Below are positions 27,450 through 41,523 of a stretch of DNA of 64,000 nt, one piece after another. The notes beneath the pieces were generated by a model. The model had not been told where the DNA came from. It saw only the letters and a program-made list of their open reading frames with translations, and made no database searches. The stretch comes from Chrysomallon squamiferum (Eukaryota; Animalia; Mollusca). The position numbers and the translations under genes are program-made. Positions within the stretch are counted from its first letter, which is position 1. Each line of letters begins with the position of its first letter. The stretch lies in contig CM022669.1 of the NCBI GenBank assembly GCA_012295275.1, forward strand, positions 19,468,001-19,532,000, written 5' to 3'.

Positions 27450-27960
27450 TGTAAGTATGTAACATGATATCTATTTTACATACTTGAAGTATGCACTTGA
27501 TATCTGTGATACGTATTAGACGTATGCAACAGGATATCTGTGTTACGTATTTGGCGTATATAACAGAAAATCTAAGCTGCGTGTTTCATGTAACATGATA
27601 TGTTTGTTACGTAACTGCCGTAAGTTACGTATCTGATGTTACCTATGTTACGTATCTGTGTTACTTATTTTATGTATATAACAGGATATCTGTGATATAT
27701 ATTTGAATTTGATAACAGAATATGTATGTTACGTATTCGATGTATGTAACAGGATATCCGTGTTATATATTTGATGTATCCAACAGGATACAGATGCTGG
27801 TGATTTGAGTGAACGTGTAGCTCTGAAGAGAAAACTTCAGTGCAAAAGTTTCACCTGGTTTCTGGACAACATTTGGCCTGAACTGTTTGTCTACGACAGA
27901 GACGTCTTCGCGTGGGGATCCGTGAGTCTGTTCGTCGTAGTTGTAGTAAACATTAGTAAA
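27450..27960 (+). pseudogene. Orphan copy of A-type GALNT exon 7 (27787-27921) with its upstream minisatellite
   Basis: Near-identical to 18628-18762 ([45 protein letters not shown]). It keeps the AG acceptor, the GTGAGT donor and ~40 bp of downstream intron. No other A-type exons are adjacent. Confidence 0.85.
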
Positions 27961-28855
27961 CTTAATTTTTATTTATTATTTTTATTATCATTATTATTAT
28001 TTTTGATAAGTGAAAATGATATATCTGTATATACACTACCGCTGACTTAGATATATATGATATATACACACAGATTTAGTACAGTTCTCTCTTTCCATTT
28101 TTTTGTGACGTCATTGCATATTTTTTCTATACTAATGATAATGATAATATCAATTTTAATAATGACGATGATGATGATTGTTTATAAACATTACAACAGA
28201 GTAACAACAAAATTAGGAATTCCACTAAAGATACATATGAAACAGGAGTTCTCCATTTTCATTTAAAGCATTTTAAGCTAATGACACAGATACATTTCTT
28301 GACTGAGAAGCTGAAGGACTGTGGTACTGTTGTTAAATGCGTGTTACAAAGGAATAGTTATGTAATTCTAACAACAGTCGAGTATTTCACAAATCTATAC
28401 ACACAGACAAGCGTTAAGTCGTTGTCGTCTCTCAAAAGCCAAACATCTGTCAACAGATTAAATGAGTAACGGAAACGATTTTAGTAACATTAAAGAAACG
28501 TTCACGTAAGTAAAACGTTCAACAGATTTGTATAACTTTTATTTCAGAACTTCTGTGTGTGTGTGTGTGTTTCTGTAAAGAACTGTACAGTTCAGCTGAG
28601 AACAACTCTATTAAATAGGCATACTAAAAACAACTCTATGAAATAGATATATTCGTTTCAAGCTGTAGTAAATAAAATAGATTGCTTATATTGTTATAAT
28701 ATTTTCTGATGTGATAAATTTTTTTTTTTTTTTTTTTTTACTCTAACCATGATATTTCTTTATTACAAATAACTGCATAGTAACTTTACGGACATCCTGT
28801 ATATATCTATCTATATATGTATCCTGCAATATATACACATTTATACACGTGAATT

Positions 28856-28889
<34 letters not shown>

Positions 28890-28974
28890 CACTCTACATA
28901 CATATTCTCATCTGTCTCCCCCTTTTCTCTCCTGCATAGGACATTTTCTATAAGTTTGCAGTATATTCACAAAA

Positions 28975-29843
28975 ATGAATGTCCAGTGGAAATATGAAAT
29001 ATTTATTCTGCTGAGAACCAGCAGCAAATCGGAACAAAATAATAAAGCGATAACTCAAACAGTTGTTGAAAAAGTTAACATTAAGAATATGAAAATGAAA
29101 CCTCCAAATTTACTATTAAAATACTCTCGCAATAGTGCTGAACAAAAGAGACGTTCTATCGAGATGACTATTCAGGCTAAAGAAATACCGCAGTATGCTA
29201 GAGAAAAAAAGAAACGCTTGAATATAACGGTCGATTACAAATTTGAACAGAAGAAACTACTGAATGTGACTGCTGAGGAGTTCAGAAGAAAGACTAGGAT
29301 TAAAACAGGAAATGTGTTGATAGATGACTACGGGAAGAACAATCTGACACAAAAAGGAGAAATGGGGTCTCGAGTATCTGAGTCAGTGACAGGCTCGCGT
29401 CTGCTTCAAAAACGGTTTAACGTCAACGTCTTGGTTAGTGACTTGATCCCGCTCAACAGAATGGTGCCCGATTCGAGACCCACGAGGTAGGTTATTTTTA
29501 ATTTTGAAATTCGTAGTCTATGTGAGGGATTATGTCCATGAAGCTGTGAAAAATTACAGTAACATTACTTTGAGCTTTATGACATGCGTATTGTTATCAT
29601 TTTATCCTTTTTAATTTCAAAACCTGAGTATCTGTAACAATTTCTTATGTATGTATATTTGTATATATATATATATATATCTAAGTATATATTTTTCTTG
29701 ATTTATATATATTATTGATCTTAGATGTTCTAACATCAACTACGACGACGATCTGCCGACTGCCAGCATCATCATTCCATTCTACAACGAGTGGCCCAGC
29801 ATTCTACTGCGTACAGTGTACAGCATCATCAACAGAACTCCTA
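28975..29843 (+). pseudogene. Truncated B-type GALNT unit: exon 1 lacking the TM segment plus partial exon 2
   Basis: ORF MNVQWKYEIFILLRTSSKS...MVPDSRPTR with donor AG|GTAGGT at 29486. Exon 2 starts at 29725 but homology stops at ...NRTP (29843). No exons 3-10 follow before copy 3. Confidence 0.8.
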
Positions 29844-30390
29844 TTATTATTTTATTTATGTGCCGTAACTAACCGGGAAAAAAATTCATTTAAAAATACT
29901 AAATAGTGGTGTATTAGTTTAATATAAACATAATGAACACTACTGATAGACGTTTCTGTTAATCAAACTCTTTTTATAAATTAAATATTGTAACCTCTTT
30001 GTTTACGTTTGATAAAGTCCTATTAGCTTCAGTCAACAACTGTGTAACAATGATGTATTTTATTAGTGTATCAGAAATTCGTTACTGAAATTAATGTAGT
30101 CTGCCTTTTTTATGTATTTACTATTTCTACGGAATGGTTCTAGTATATACAGAATGAAGATACATAAGCTTGTGACTAAATGAGGCTATGTTTATTTGCA
30201 GCCGGTCCCGTTATCAATTTGGAAAAAGAACAATTCTTATTAATTACTGAATTAAATTCATCTTCATGAAGTGACTGAAATACCCCAAAATAAAACAAAC
30301 ACAATAATAATAATTTTTTAAAAAGAACAAGAAAAAGAACCTAATTTTATTTCCTACTTATAAATAACAAAATTTTTTATAGGGGAAATA

Positions 30391-30421
<31 letters not shown>

Positions 30422-30953
30422 GAAAAAGAAGAGGAAGAACAAAAACTGTCTTTGTTAATTTCTTTGCCAGTGATATGATTGTTTATAAACATTACAAAAG
30501 AGAAACAACAAAATTAGGAATTCCACTAATGATGCTTATGAAACAGGAGTTCTCCATTTAAAGGACTCTAAGCTAGTGACACATTCACATTTCTTGACTG
30601 AAGTACGGAAGTACTATTGTTGTTAAATGCGTGTAAAAAGGAAGTAGTCACGTAGTTACAACAAAAACCATGAGCGAACGGTCCAGTACGTCTCAAGTCA
30701 ATACATAAATATTAATAGTAGTATTTGTTGTAAAATCGTTGTCGTCTCTCAAAAGCCAAACATCTGTGAACAGATCAAATGAGTGACGGAAACGATTTCT
30801 AGTAACATTAAAGGAGAATACACGTAAGTATAACGTTCAGCAAATTTGTAAAACTTTTATTTTACAAGTTCTGTTTACGTTCAGTTATACTGTTAACTAT
30901 ATTCCAAAATTAATGTGCTTAATATATATACATATATGTACAAAAAAATGTAT

Positions 30954-31026
<73 letters not shown>

Positions 31027-31172
31027 TTACTTTATTTGCAATATATTTTCTTTACTTGTGAAACAAAAGAAACTTGTTCTTTATTTTAGCCACAGCTGTG
31101 TATCTTAACCTCTAATTTCTGTGTGTTTCGAAGAAAGAAAATTTCTATAAAGCTCTAGTCCAATAACAAAAA

Positions 31173-32265
31173 ATGAAACTGAGAGAAAGGTACATCTTGT
31201 TTACATTGCTTTCGTGCATAACAGTATCAACATTATTATATATCTTAGTATGGAAACATATATTTATTCTGCTGATAACCAGCAAGAAATCAGAACAAAG
31301 CAAAACAGTTTTTGGAAAAGTAAATATTCAGAACATGAAAATGAAACCTCCAAATTTACTATTAAAATATCCTCTCTACAGATCTGAACAAAAGAGACGT
31401 TCTATCGACATGGCTTTTCAGTCTAAAGAAATACCGCAGTATGCTAAAAAAAAAGAGAAACACTTGAATATAACGGTCGATTCCAAGTTTGGAACACGGT
31501 ATACTAGTGAACAAAAGAAACACATGAATGTAACTGCTGACGACTTCCGAAGAAAGACTAGGATTAAAACAGGAAATGTGTTGATAGATGACTATGGGAA
31601 GAACAATCTGACACAAAAAGGAGAAATGGGATCTGGAATATCTGAGTCAGTGACAGGCTCGCGTCTGCTTCAAAAACGGTTTAACGTCAACGTCTTGGTT
31701 AGTGACTTGATCCCGCTCAACAGAATGGTGCCCGATTCGAGACCCTCAGGGTTCGTAATTCGTTATTTGTTATTTAAAAATTCATAATCTGTGTGTGGGA
31801 TGATGTCCATGAAGCGTGTATATATGTGACAATTTCATCCGTTTTTTATTGCAGTGGCAGTTACTGTGTCAGTTACTAATATGAGATGTCAAATCAAACG
31901 AAAGAGCCATTACTGAAGAGCTAGAATTTCAAATATTCCTAGTACCTTTTCACATCTTATGTATGTATGTATGTATGTTCTTTCTTTTTGTATTTATATT
32001 TATATATTTATGTACAATAAATCATGTTGTGTATATATATTTAAACTGATTATAGATGTTCTAACATCACCTACGACGATGATCTGCCGAATGTCAGCAT
32101 CATCATCCCATTCTACAACGAGTGGCCCAGCATTCTACTGCGTACAGTGTACAGCATCATCAACAGAACTCCTAGACATCTGTTATGGGAAATACTCCTA
32201 ATTGATGACTGCAGCGATATGAGTATGTCTTTATCAACTCAGCTCTCAAACAGATATTGTTTCTT

Positions 32266-32326
<61 letters not shown>

Positions 32327-33726
32327 GGATTAGAATGATTATTATTATTATTATTTCAGAAGAGCTGAAAGACTCCTTGGACGAGTACGTTGCCACACAC
32401 TTCCCACAAAAACTGGTCAAAATTGTACGTATGCCTCAAAGAGTGGGTTTGATAAAGGCACGACAACATGGCTGTGATACAGCTGAGGGCGACGTCATTG
32501 TTATTTTTGACAGCCACATGGAAGTGAACATAGACTGGTAGGCTTATTTCTGAAGATTTATTTGTCCTTGTTTAGATATTATTGGTTGAATATTTCTGTA
32601 GTACTTCATCACTGGACCATTGGATTCATATGAAATATATGAGTTTAATGACGACTCGTTTCTTGATTGAGTGACATTTTTCTTATGTAGATTTACCCGT
32701 TTTCTGGATTATGACATTATAATTCATTTCTACATTACAGATGCATATGTTAGTCTAAAGGTAATTCATTTCCAGATTACAGTATTATATATCAATTTAA
32801 ATATAATTCATTTCTAAATTTCAATCTTATATATCAGTTTAAAGATGACTTTATTTCCAGATTACAATATTAAATGTCAGTTTAAAGATAATTCATTTCT
32901 ATATTCAATATTATAACCCATTTTATAAATGCTTCATTTCTAGATTAATGTATTATATGACATTTTATAGATAATTCATTGCCAGATTATAATAATATAG
33001 GCCAATTTATGGATAATTCATTTCTAGATTACACAATAAATTCTTTTCGACAACTTTATCGTTACGAAAGTAATCTTGACAAGAATGTGACTAATTAAGA
33101 ACTTGCTCATCGATTTGCTTCTGTTTGCTACAATATTGTGCAAAACTTCTGTGTCTAATTTTGATGATTTCGTGTCGCCAGGCTGCAGCCGTTGCTGATG
33201 TTGATAAAAAACGACAGGAAGACCATTGCTTTGAGTAGTCTAGACTTTATAAATAAAAAGAATTTCGAATACAGATACTATGATAGGATCATTAGATACG
33301 GTTTCGATTGGAGGATGGCTTTCTTCGAAAACTACTTGAGACCTGACAATTCTGGACACGACGTTTCCATTCCAAAGAGGTAAAGTTAAAACATTTTCAT
33401 TAAATGCCTTTGTACGAAAATTATAACCAATTTCAAAATGTAATTGATTCTTTTAAATTCATGATAATTTCAACGTATTTTATGAGAAGGAATTATTATT
33501 ATTATTTGTTTTTAGATTCTTCTTTTTATACAAAATAAAGGTTTTGTCAAGTTGTTGACACTGATTTCTTATGTTTAACTTTTTATTTTCACTTTAATTT
33601 AACTACTACTACTACTTCTACTACCTCTACCACTACTTTGACTATTAGCACTATATAACCTACCATTAGTACTAGTACCATCACTACTACTACTACTTCA
33701 ACTATTTCTATTATTATTATTATTAC

Positions 33727-33757
<31 letters not shown>

Positions 33758-35537
33758 GTTATTATTATTATTGCTATTGTTATTATTGTTATTATCATCA
33801 TCATAATCATCTTCATAATCATCATCACCATTATTATTAAATATCTAAAATCAAATTAGTTTTATGGAAACGTCCGGACATTCGATAAAATAATATACGT
33901 TGAATTTTGGGGTTGTTTTTATACCCGGTTTTGTTGCTGTCGTTTATTATGTGTTTTTTTTTCGTTTCTTGTGCTTGTTTGTACTTTTTTCTTAGCACTA
34001 AAACAGTCGAAACAATGTTGTGAAATAAGTCCAAATTATACTATTTGATACCGAACAAACAATCTGTAAGTAAAAAACAAATATTTATTACTTTTTTCAT
34101 TAAGTCATATTGTTTTATAGCTCTCCCTATATACTTATTTGTGTAGGGGCGTTGTTATGGTAGGGACTGGTTATGCGGTGGACAGAAAATACTTCAAAGT
34201 AATTGGCGGATTTGATGAAGGAATGAAAGTTTGGGGCGGAGAGAATTTAGAGCTTTCATGGAGGGTGAGTTATCGGTTTGGAGTTTGAATTTACGATTAA
34301 GAGAATAGAACCACATTAAACTGCATATAATGGTAATTATTTCAGTTTGAAATCAAAATAGTTTTATTTTATTAATGTGTTTACCATGATATCAAATATA
34401 AATAAACTCGTTGAGTGGATGCAAAACCCAAATTTACCTGGTTCTTTGCTTACATGTTTTCTGTGATCATGGAATGACATATTAACAGAATTTGACTGGC
34501 TTTACATGAATTAAATACGATTTTGTCGCTGAAATATTACTACTGAAATACTTTCTTTAAATCTGGTTCCAGGTTTGGTTGTGTGGAGGACAAATTCTTC
34601 ACGCTCCCTGTTCTAAAATTGGACACATTACCAGATTTCAACCGTACAAGTTTCCAGAAGGTCGAAAAAATACGGAAGTGTTTAATTACAAGCGAGCAGT
34701 GGAAGTGTGGATGGAGCCGCAGCACAAGAAATTTGTTTTCGATTCCATCCCAGAAATGAGGGTAAATATTTCAATATCAGACTGCAGCAGTGAATCTGAA
34801 ACGAAAATATAAATTAGTATTGCAATGGCTATTACAGTGACTGCTACTGGTGGTAATACTGCTATTACTATTACTACTACTACTACTACTACTATCATTA
34901 CTACTTCTGTGGCTACTGCTTCTACTACTGCTACTACTATTCATATTATTGTTGTTATTGTTTATGATCATTATGCTATTGATTATGATGATGATACATA
35001 GTTAGTGTATTGAGTCATCATTATTATTATTGCTGTTACTATTAGTATTTATTTATTTATTTATTTATTACCATTATTATTTTTCCGTAGAAAACTGATC
35101 CAGGAGACCTGACAAAACGTTTTGCTCTGAAACAAAAACTGCGCTGTAAACGTTTCTCGTGGTTTTTAGAAAACATCTGGCCTGAACTTTTCGTTTACGA
35201 CAAAGAAGTGCTTGCATGGGGATCAGTCAGTGTATTTTCTTATATGCACAGATGTTTTATCTTTTCTGTTTCATTGTGATTTGTACTTTCACATAAAAGA
35301 GTATCAAATCCTAATTTACTTTTACTTATAAAACGGTTACATTTACCTACTCTTGTATCAGCTGCAAAAAAGGTTTTCGTATAAAATTATGTTTTGAACA
35401 TTTCGTTAAATCAGTAAATTTTATTACACGTTTTACTATAATTTACACGATAATGAAAGTTGTAATTTTATTATTATATTTTCTATTAATAGTAATAGTA
35501 AAAGTAATAGTAACAACAACACCAACAACAACATCAA

Positions 35538-35610
<73 letters not shown>

Positions 35611-36563
35611 TATTATTATTATTATTATATGTGTGCATTTATATGTGGGTGTTACTAAATAAATAAATAAATAAATATATAAATAAGTAAATAAGTAAGT
35701 AAATCAATCTGTACCAACCTTTAACAACATATTAGTCAAATGATTTTCTAACACCATTAATACACTAATATTAATTTATATTATTTCATCATTAATACAT
35801 GTTGATTTATATTTATTTTTGTTTGTTCTTTTGAAACTCAGGTGCGAAATCCTTCATCGAATCTTTGTCTTGATAACAAATTTTATGTTTCTCAAAGTTT
35901 GGGACCACTAGCTCTTTATACATGCCACTTTCATTTTGCTAATCAGGTATATATGTATGTTACACTTTATATTATTTTAATTATTTTAGGTCATTCATTT
36001 TATCACTAAGGTAGATAATAATAATAGAGTTGTGTGTCCTTCTCTGTATGTGAATAAATAATTTAAAAACTGAAAATATAAAAAAGAAAATGGAATATGC
36101 GTGTATTTGTAGAATTACTGTTTTTATTAATACAAAGATTTTATTACGTTAAGGGAGAAAACTCTTTTGTGACAGTTCAAAAGATTAAAATTATTTATTT
36201 GAATTACTTAAATATATATTATGTGTGGTTGAGTTTGTGCCATTCGTATTTTATGTTTTGTGTATGTTTTTTTTTATTGTGGGTGGTTTTTTTTGGTGTG
36301 TGAATTTTCTTCATGTAAAAGCCGCCATGTTTATTAAATTTTATTACGTAGGGTTTTTCTTGGACTGTAAACAGAACTTTACGCACCACTCTACAATGTG
36401 TTGTTGTCAAGGACGCTCAGAAACGACCCCAATTGGAAGGCTGCCTCACTGGGTCAAAGGACCGATGGTTACATGAGAAGGTATCTATAATCTTGAATGA
36501 AAATGGCGAGGCAATATTCTATTAACTTATACTATCGGTAATACTTAATTTGCATGCATACTC

Positions 36564-36655
<92 letters not shown>

Positions 36656-36831
36656 AAAGATAATAATAAATAAATAACTTTTATTTTTATTTATTTTACC
36701 CCCAGAATGGGTTATTAAAACACGAACGGAGCGGACTGTGTATGGATTTTGACGTTTCTGGTCCAATTATGAAGATGTGCAAAGCAGATTCGCCTTCACA
36801 AAAGTGGATTTTCAATACATATAATTATTAA
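31173..36831 (+). CDS. GALNT: Polypeptide N-acetylgalactosaminyltransferase, copy 3, B-type
   Basis: Exons 31173-31750, 32056-32222, 32360-32537, 33182-33379, 34147-34264, 34573-34761, 35091-35225, 35842-35946, 36352-36480, 36706-36831. Intact frame with DSH and WGGEN motifs. Confidence 0.92.
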
Positions 36832-37028
36832 ATACATTTTTGCATAAATGTTTGTGTTCTGTGCTGATTTTCGGTTGGAATAAATAAATAAATAAATAAA
36901 TAAAAGTTGCGTCTCATTTGTCATAGATTCACTTACATACATTTACACATTTTATTATTCTCAGCCAAAAACAAAGACACGCTTCTATAGTAAATATTTT
37001 ATTTGTTGGTTTATTCTTTCATTATTAA

Positions 37029-37094
<66 letters not shown>

Positions 37095-37571
37095 TAATTC
37101 CACTAATGATACTTATGAAACAGGAGTTCTCCATTTTCGTCTAAAAGACTTTAAGCTAGTGACACAGTTACAGTTTCTTGATTGAGACATTGAAAAACTG
37201 TGCTACTGTTGTTAAATGCACGTAAAAAAGAAATTGTCACGTAGTTCTAACAATAGCCATGAGCGAACAGTCCAGTATTTCTCAAGTCAATATACAAAGA
37301 CGAACGTTATTTTAGTGGTCGTCTCTCAAAAGCCAGAAACTTGTCAGCAGAGTAAATGACTGATTTCTAGTCACGTTAACGAAACGTCCAGTAAGTAAGA
37401 TGTTCAACAGATTTTTATAACTTTTATTTCACAACATGTATTTAAGTTCTGTTTATGTTCTGTTTATGTTCTGTGTATGCTCTGTTTATATTTTTATCGT
37501 TGTACCCAAAAATGAATGTGTTTAATATATATAGATATAGATAGATACATAGCTAGCTAGATAGACAGATA

Positions 37572-37927
37572 TATAGTAGTTCCACGATATGTACCATACT
37601 GAAGCTGAAGGACTCGATAAAGGTTGTATGTGCAGCCAAAGGCGTTAAAATAATTTTTGTGATCTCCAAGATAAACAGACCTTTACAAAACCAATTTATT
37701 TCTTTACATTCTCTTTTATTTAGTTTTTATACAATATTTGTCGTTTATAAATACATTTTTCTTATTTAAAAACACGTTGCAAAAAATAAAAAAATGGGTT
37801 GATTTTTGCGGGGCTGGAACGGTTTAATGGTATTTCAATTAATTTTAAAATTGTCTTGATATACGAGCAATTTGAAATACGAGCTCGGTCACAGAACGAA
37901 TTAAATTCGTAATTCAAGGTACCACTA
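37572..37927. mobile_element. Remnant of a Tc1/mariner (Tigger/pogo-like) non-autonomous DNA transposon
   Basis: Insertion absent from the equivalent intron of the other B copies and flanked by TA/GATA runs. Its right end 'atacgagcaatttgaaatacgagctcggtcacagaacgaattaaattcgtaattcaaggtaccact' resembles the ...GAACGAATTAA.TTCGTA...GGTACCACTG terminus of Tigger-like MITEs (recognised from memory). The left end is degenerate and its boundary approximate. Confidence 0.6.
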
Positions 37928-38211
37928 TTTATATATATATATAAATAGATAGACATATATAGATATAGATATAGATATATATGTACACACATACGTACAC
38001 AAAAAATATATTACTATATATCTGTCTTCCCCTTTTTCTCTACTTCGTCCTCCTCTCTCCACTTTTCATTACTTTATTCGCAATTTATTTTCTTTACTTG
38101 TCAAAGAAAAGAAACTTCTCTATTTTAGCCACAGCGGTGTATCTTAACCTCTAACGTCCGTGTGTTTGGAAGAAAGAAACATTTCTATAAGGCTCCAGTA
38201 CAATAACAAAA

Positions 38212-39192
38212 ATGAAACTGAGAGAAAGGTACATCTTGTTTACATTGCTTTCGTGCATAACAGTATCAACATCATTATATATCTTAGTATGGAAACATGA
38301 AATATTTATTCTGCTGATAACCAGCAAGAAATCAGAACAAAGCAAAACAATTTTTGAAAAAGTAAATATTAAGAATATGAAAATGAAACCTCACAATTTA
38401 CTATTAAAATATCCTCCCTATAGTGCTGAACAAAAGAGACGTTCTATCGAGATGACTATTCAGGCTAAAGAAATATCGCAGTATGCTAGAGAAAAAAAGA
38501 AATGCTTGAATATAACGGTCGATTCCAAGTTTGGAACACGGTATACTAGTGAACAAAAGAAACACATGAATGTGACTGCTCAGGAGTTCAGAAGAGAGAC
38601 TAGAATTAAAACAGGAAATGTGTTGATAGATGACTACGGCAAAAACAATCTGACACAAAAAGGAGAAATGGGGTCTGGAATATCGGAGTCACTGACAGGC
38701 TCGCGTCTGCTTCAAAAACGGTTTAACGTCAACGTCTTGGTTAGTGACTTGATCCCGCTCAACAGAATGGTGCCCGATTCGAGACCCTCAGGGTTGGTAA
38801 TTCTTTATTTTTTATTTTAAAATTCGAAAACTTTGACATCTGTATTTATATGCTTTTATCCTCTTCAATTTCAAGACCTGAGTATATATACGTAACAATA
38901 AATTTTCATCTATTTTTTGCAGTGGCAGTTACCGTGTTTAGCTCTTATTAATATGAGATGTCAAATCAAACGAAAAAGCCATTACTCAAAGGCTAGCGTT
39001 TCAAGCATTTCTAGTACCTTTTCCCTTTATTTTATGTTTGTATGTATGTATTAATGTGTGTGTGTGTGTATGTATGTATGTATGCATGTATGCATGTATG
39101 TATGTATCTATGTATGTATCTATGTATGTATGTATGTGTGTAACCTTCTTTCTGTATTATTTATTTATTTATTTGTATGTGTATAATAAACC

Positions 39193-39242
<50 letters not shown>

Positions 39243-39896
39243 GTATGTATGTATCTATCTATCTATCTGTCTGTCTATCTATATTTATATTAATTATAGA
39301 TGTTCTAACATCACATACGACGATGATCTGCCGACTGCCAGCATCATCATCCCATTCTACATTTTATGTATGTATGTGTGTATGTATATATCTTTCTTCC
39401 TGTATTTATTTTTATATTTATTTATGTGCAATACATCCTCTCAGTGTCCTACATACATACATATATATATATATATATTTGTTGATTTTAGATGTTCTAA
39501 AATCACCTACGACGACGATCTGCCGACTGCCAGCATCATCATCCCATTCTACAACGAGTGGCCCAGCATTCTACTGCGTACAGTGTACAGCATCATCAAC
39601 AGAACTCCTAGACATCTGTTATGGGAAATACTCCTAATTGATGACTGCAGCGATATGAGTATATCTTCATTAACACAACTCTCAAATAGATATTATTATT
39701 ATTATTATCATCATCATCAATATCGTCATCATTATGATCGTGGTCGTGGTCGTCATAATCTACATTATCATTATTTTTGTTGTTGTTGTCGTCGTCATTA
39801 TTATTATTGTTATTACTATCATTATTATTTTCACAACCATCATCATTATTATTATTTTTATTATAATGATCAACATTATCATTATTGTTGTTGTTG

Positions 39897-39938
<42 letters not shown>

Positions 39939-41447
39939 GGATTAGGATTATTATTATTATTATTTCAGAAGAGCTGAAAGACTCCTTGGACGAGTACGTT
40001 GCCACACACTTCCCACAAAAACTGGTCAAAATTGTACGTATGCCTCAAAGAGTGGGTTTGATAAAGGCACGACAACATGGCTGTGATACAGCTGAGGGCG
40101 ACGTCATCGTTATTTTTGACAGCCACATGGAAGTGAACATAGACTGGTAGGCTTATTTCTGAAGATTTATTTGTCCTTGTTCAGATATTATTGGTTGAAT
40201 ATTTCTGTAGTACTTCATCATGGATTCATGTTAGATATATGAGTTTTATGACGACTCATTATAATTAATTTCTAAATATCAGTGTTATATGCTAGTTTAA
40301 AGATGATTCATTTCAAGATCTCAGTATTATATGTTAGTTTAATGATGATTTTTTTTTTTTTTTTTTTAGATTACAATATATTTCAATTAATGATAATTCA
40401 TTCCTAAGTTACTGTATATGTCATTTTACAGGTGATTCATTTCTAAATATAATTCATTTCTGGATTACAATTGATCGGTTTAATGATTACTCATGTCAGA
40501 TTAATGATACAATGACTACAGCATGTGAGATTAATAATACGTCTTATCTAGACTACATTGAGTTATGTCTGTTAAATTATTATTTATTGTAAGTGTACAA
40601 TATAATACTTCTTAAATCAGATTAAAGGTGTGTCACCTCTCTATTTCAAGGCGACTCGTTTTCATGATTACAGTATCGTTTCATTCATGTTGGCTGATGC
40701 ATCATTTCTAGACTACAATGTAAAGTATTTTGTACAGACAACTTTATCGTTACAAAAATAGTCATGACAAGAATATGACTATTTGACAACTTGCTCGTCG
40801 ATTTTCTTCAGTATTGTGTAAAGGTTCTGTGTCTAATTTTGATGATTTCGTGTCGCCAGGCTGCAGCCGTTGTTGATGTTGATAAAAAACGACAGGAAGA
40901 CCATTGCTTTGAGTAATCTAGACTATATAAATAATAAACATTTCGAATACACGTGGTATCATAATATGATCGTAAGATACGGTTTCAATTGGAGGATGGT
41001 TTTTTTCGAAGACTACTTCAGACCCGACAAGTTTGGACACGATGTTTCCACTCCAAAGAGGTAAAGTTAAAATATTTTCACTAAATGTCTTCGTACGAAA
41101 TTTATGATCAAATTCGAAATCTAAGCGATTCTTTTAAATTCAAAATAATTTCAACATATTTTATGAGAAGGAATTATTTTATTTTTCATTTATAATTCTT
41201 CTTTTTATACAAAATAAAGGTTTGATGAAGTTCCTGTTTTGATTTAGAGCTGACACTGATTTCAAAAATACTCAGTTAATAAGACATTTCTTATGTTTAA
41301 CTTATTATTATTATCACTTTACTTCAGCTCCTAATATCTTTATTATTACTACAACTAGTACTAGTACTACTACTTCTACTACTACTACTACTACTACTAT
41401 TATTACTGTTATTATTATTGTTATTATTGTTGTTGTCGTTGTTGTTG

Positions 41448-41523
<76 letters not shown>

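Noticed and set aside
21762-38658. Recurrent antisense ORFs 'MCQIV...' (21762-21986, 31362-31616, 38404-38658)
   Set aside because: They are shadows of the duplicated GALNT exon 1 on the opposite strand; their recurrence is explained by the duplication.
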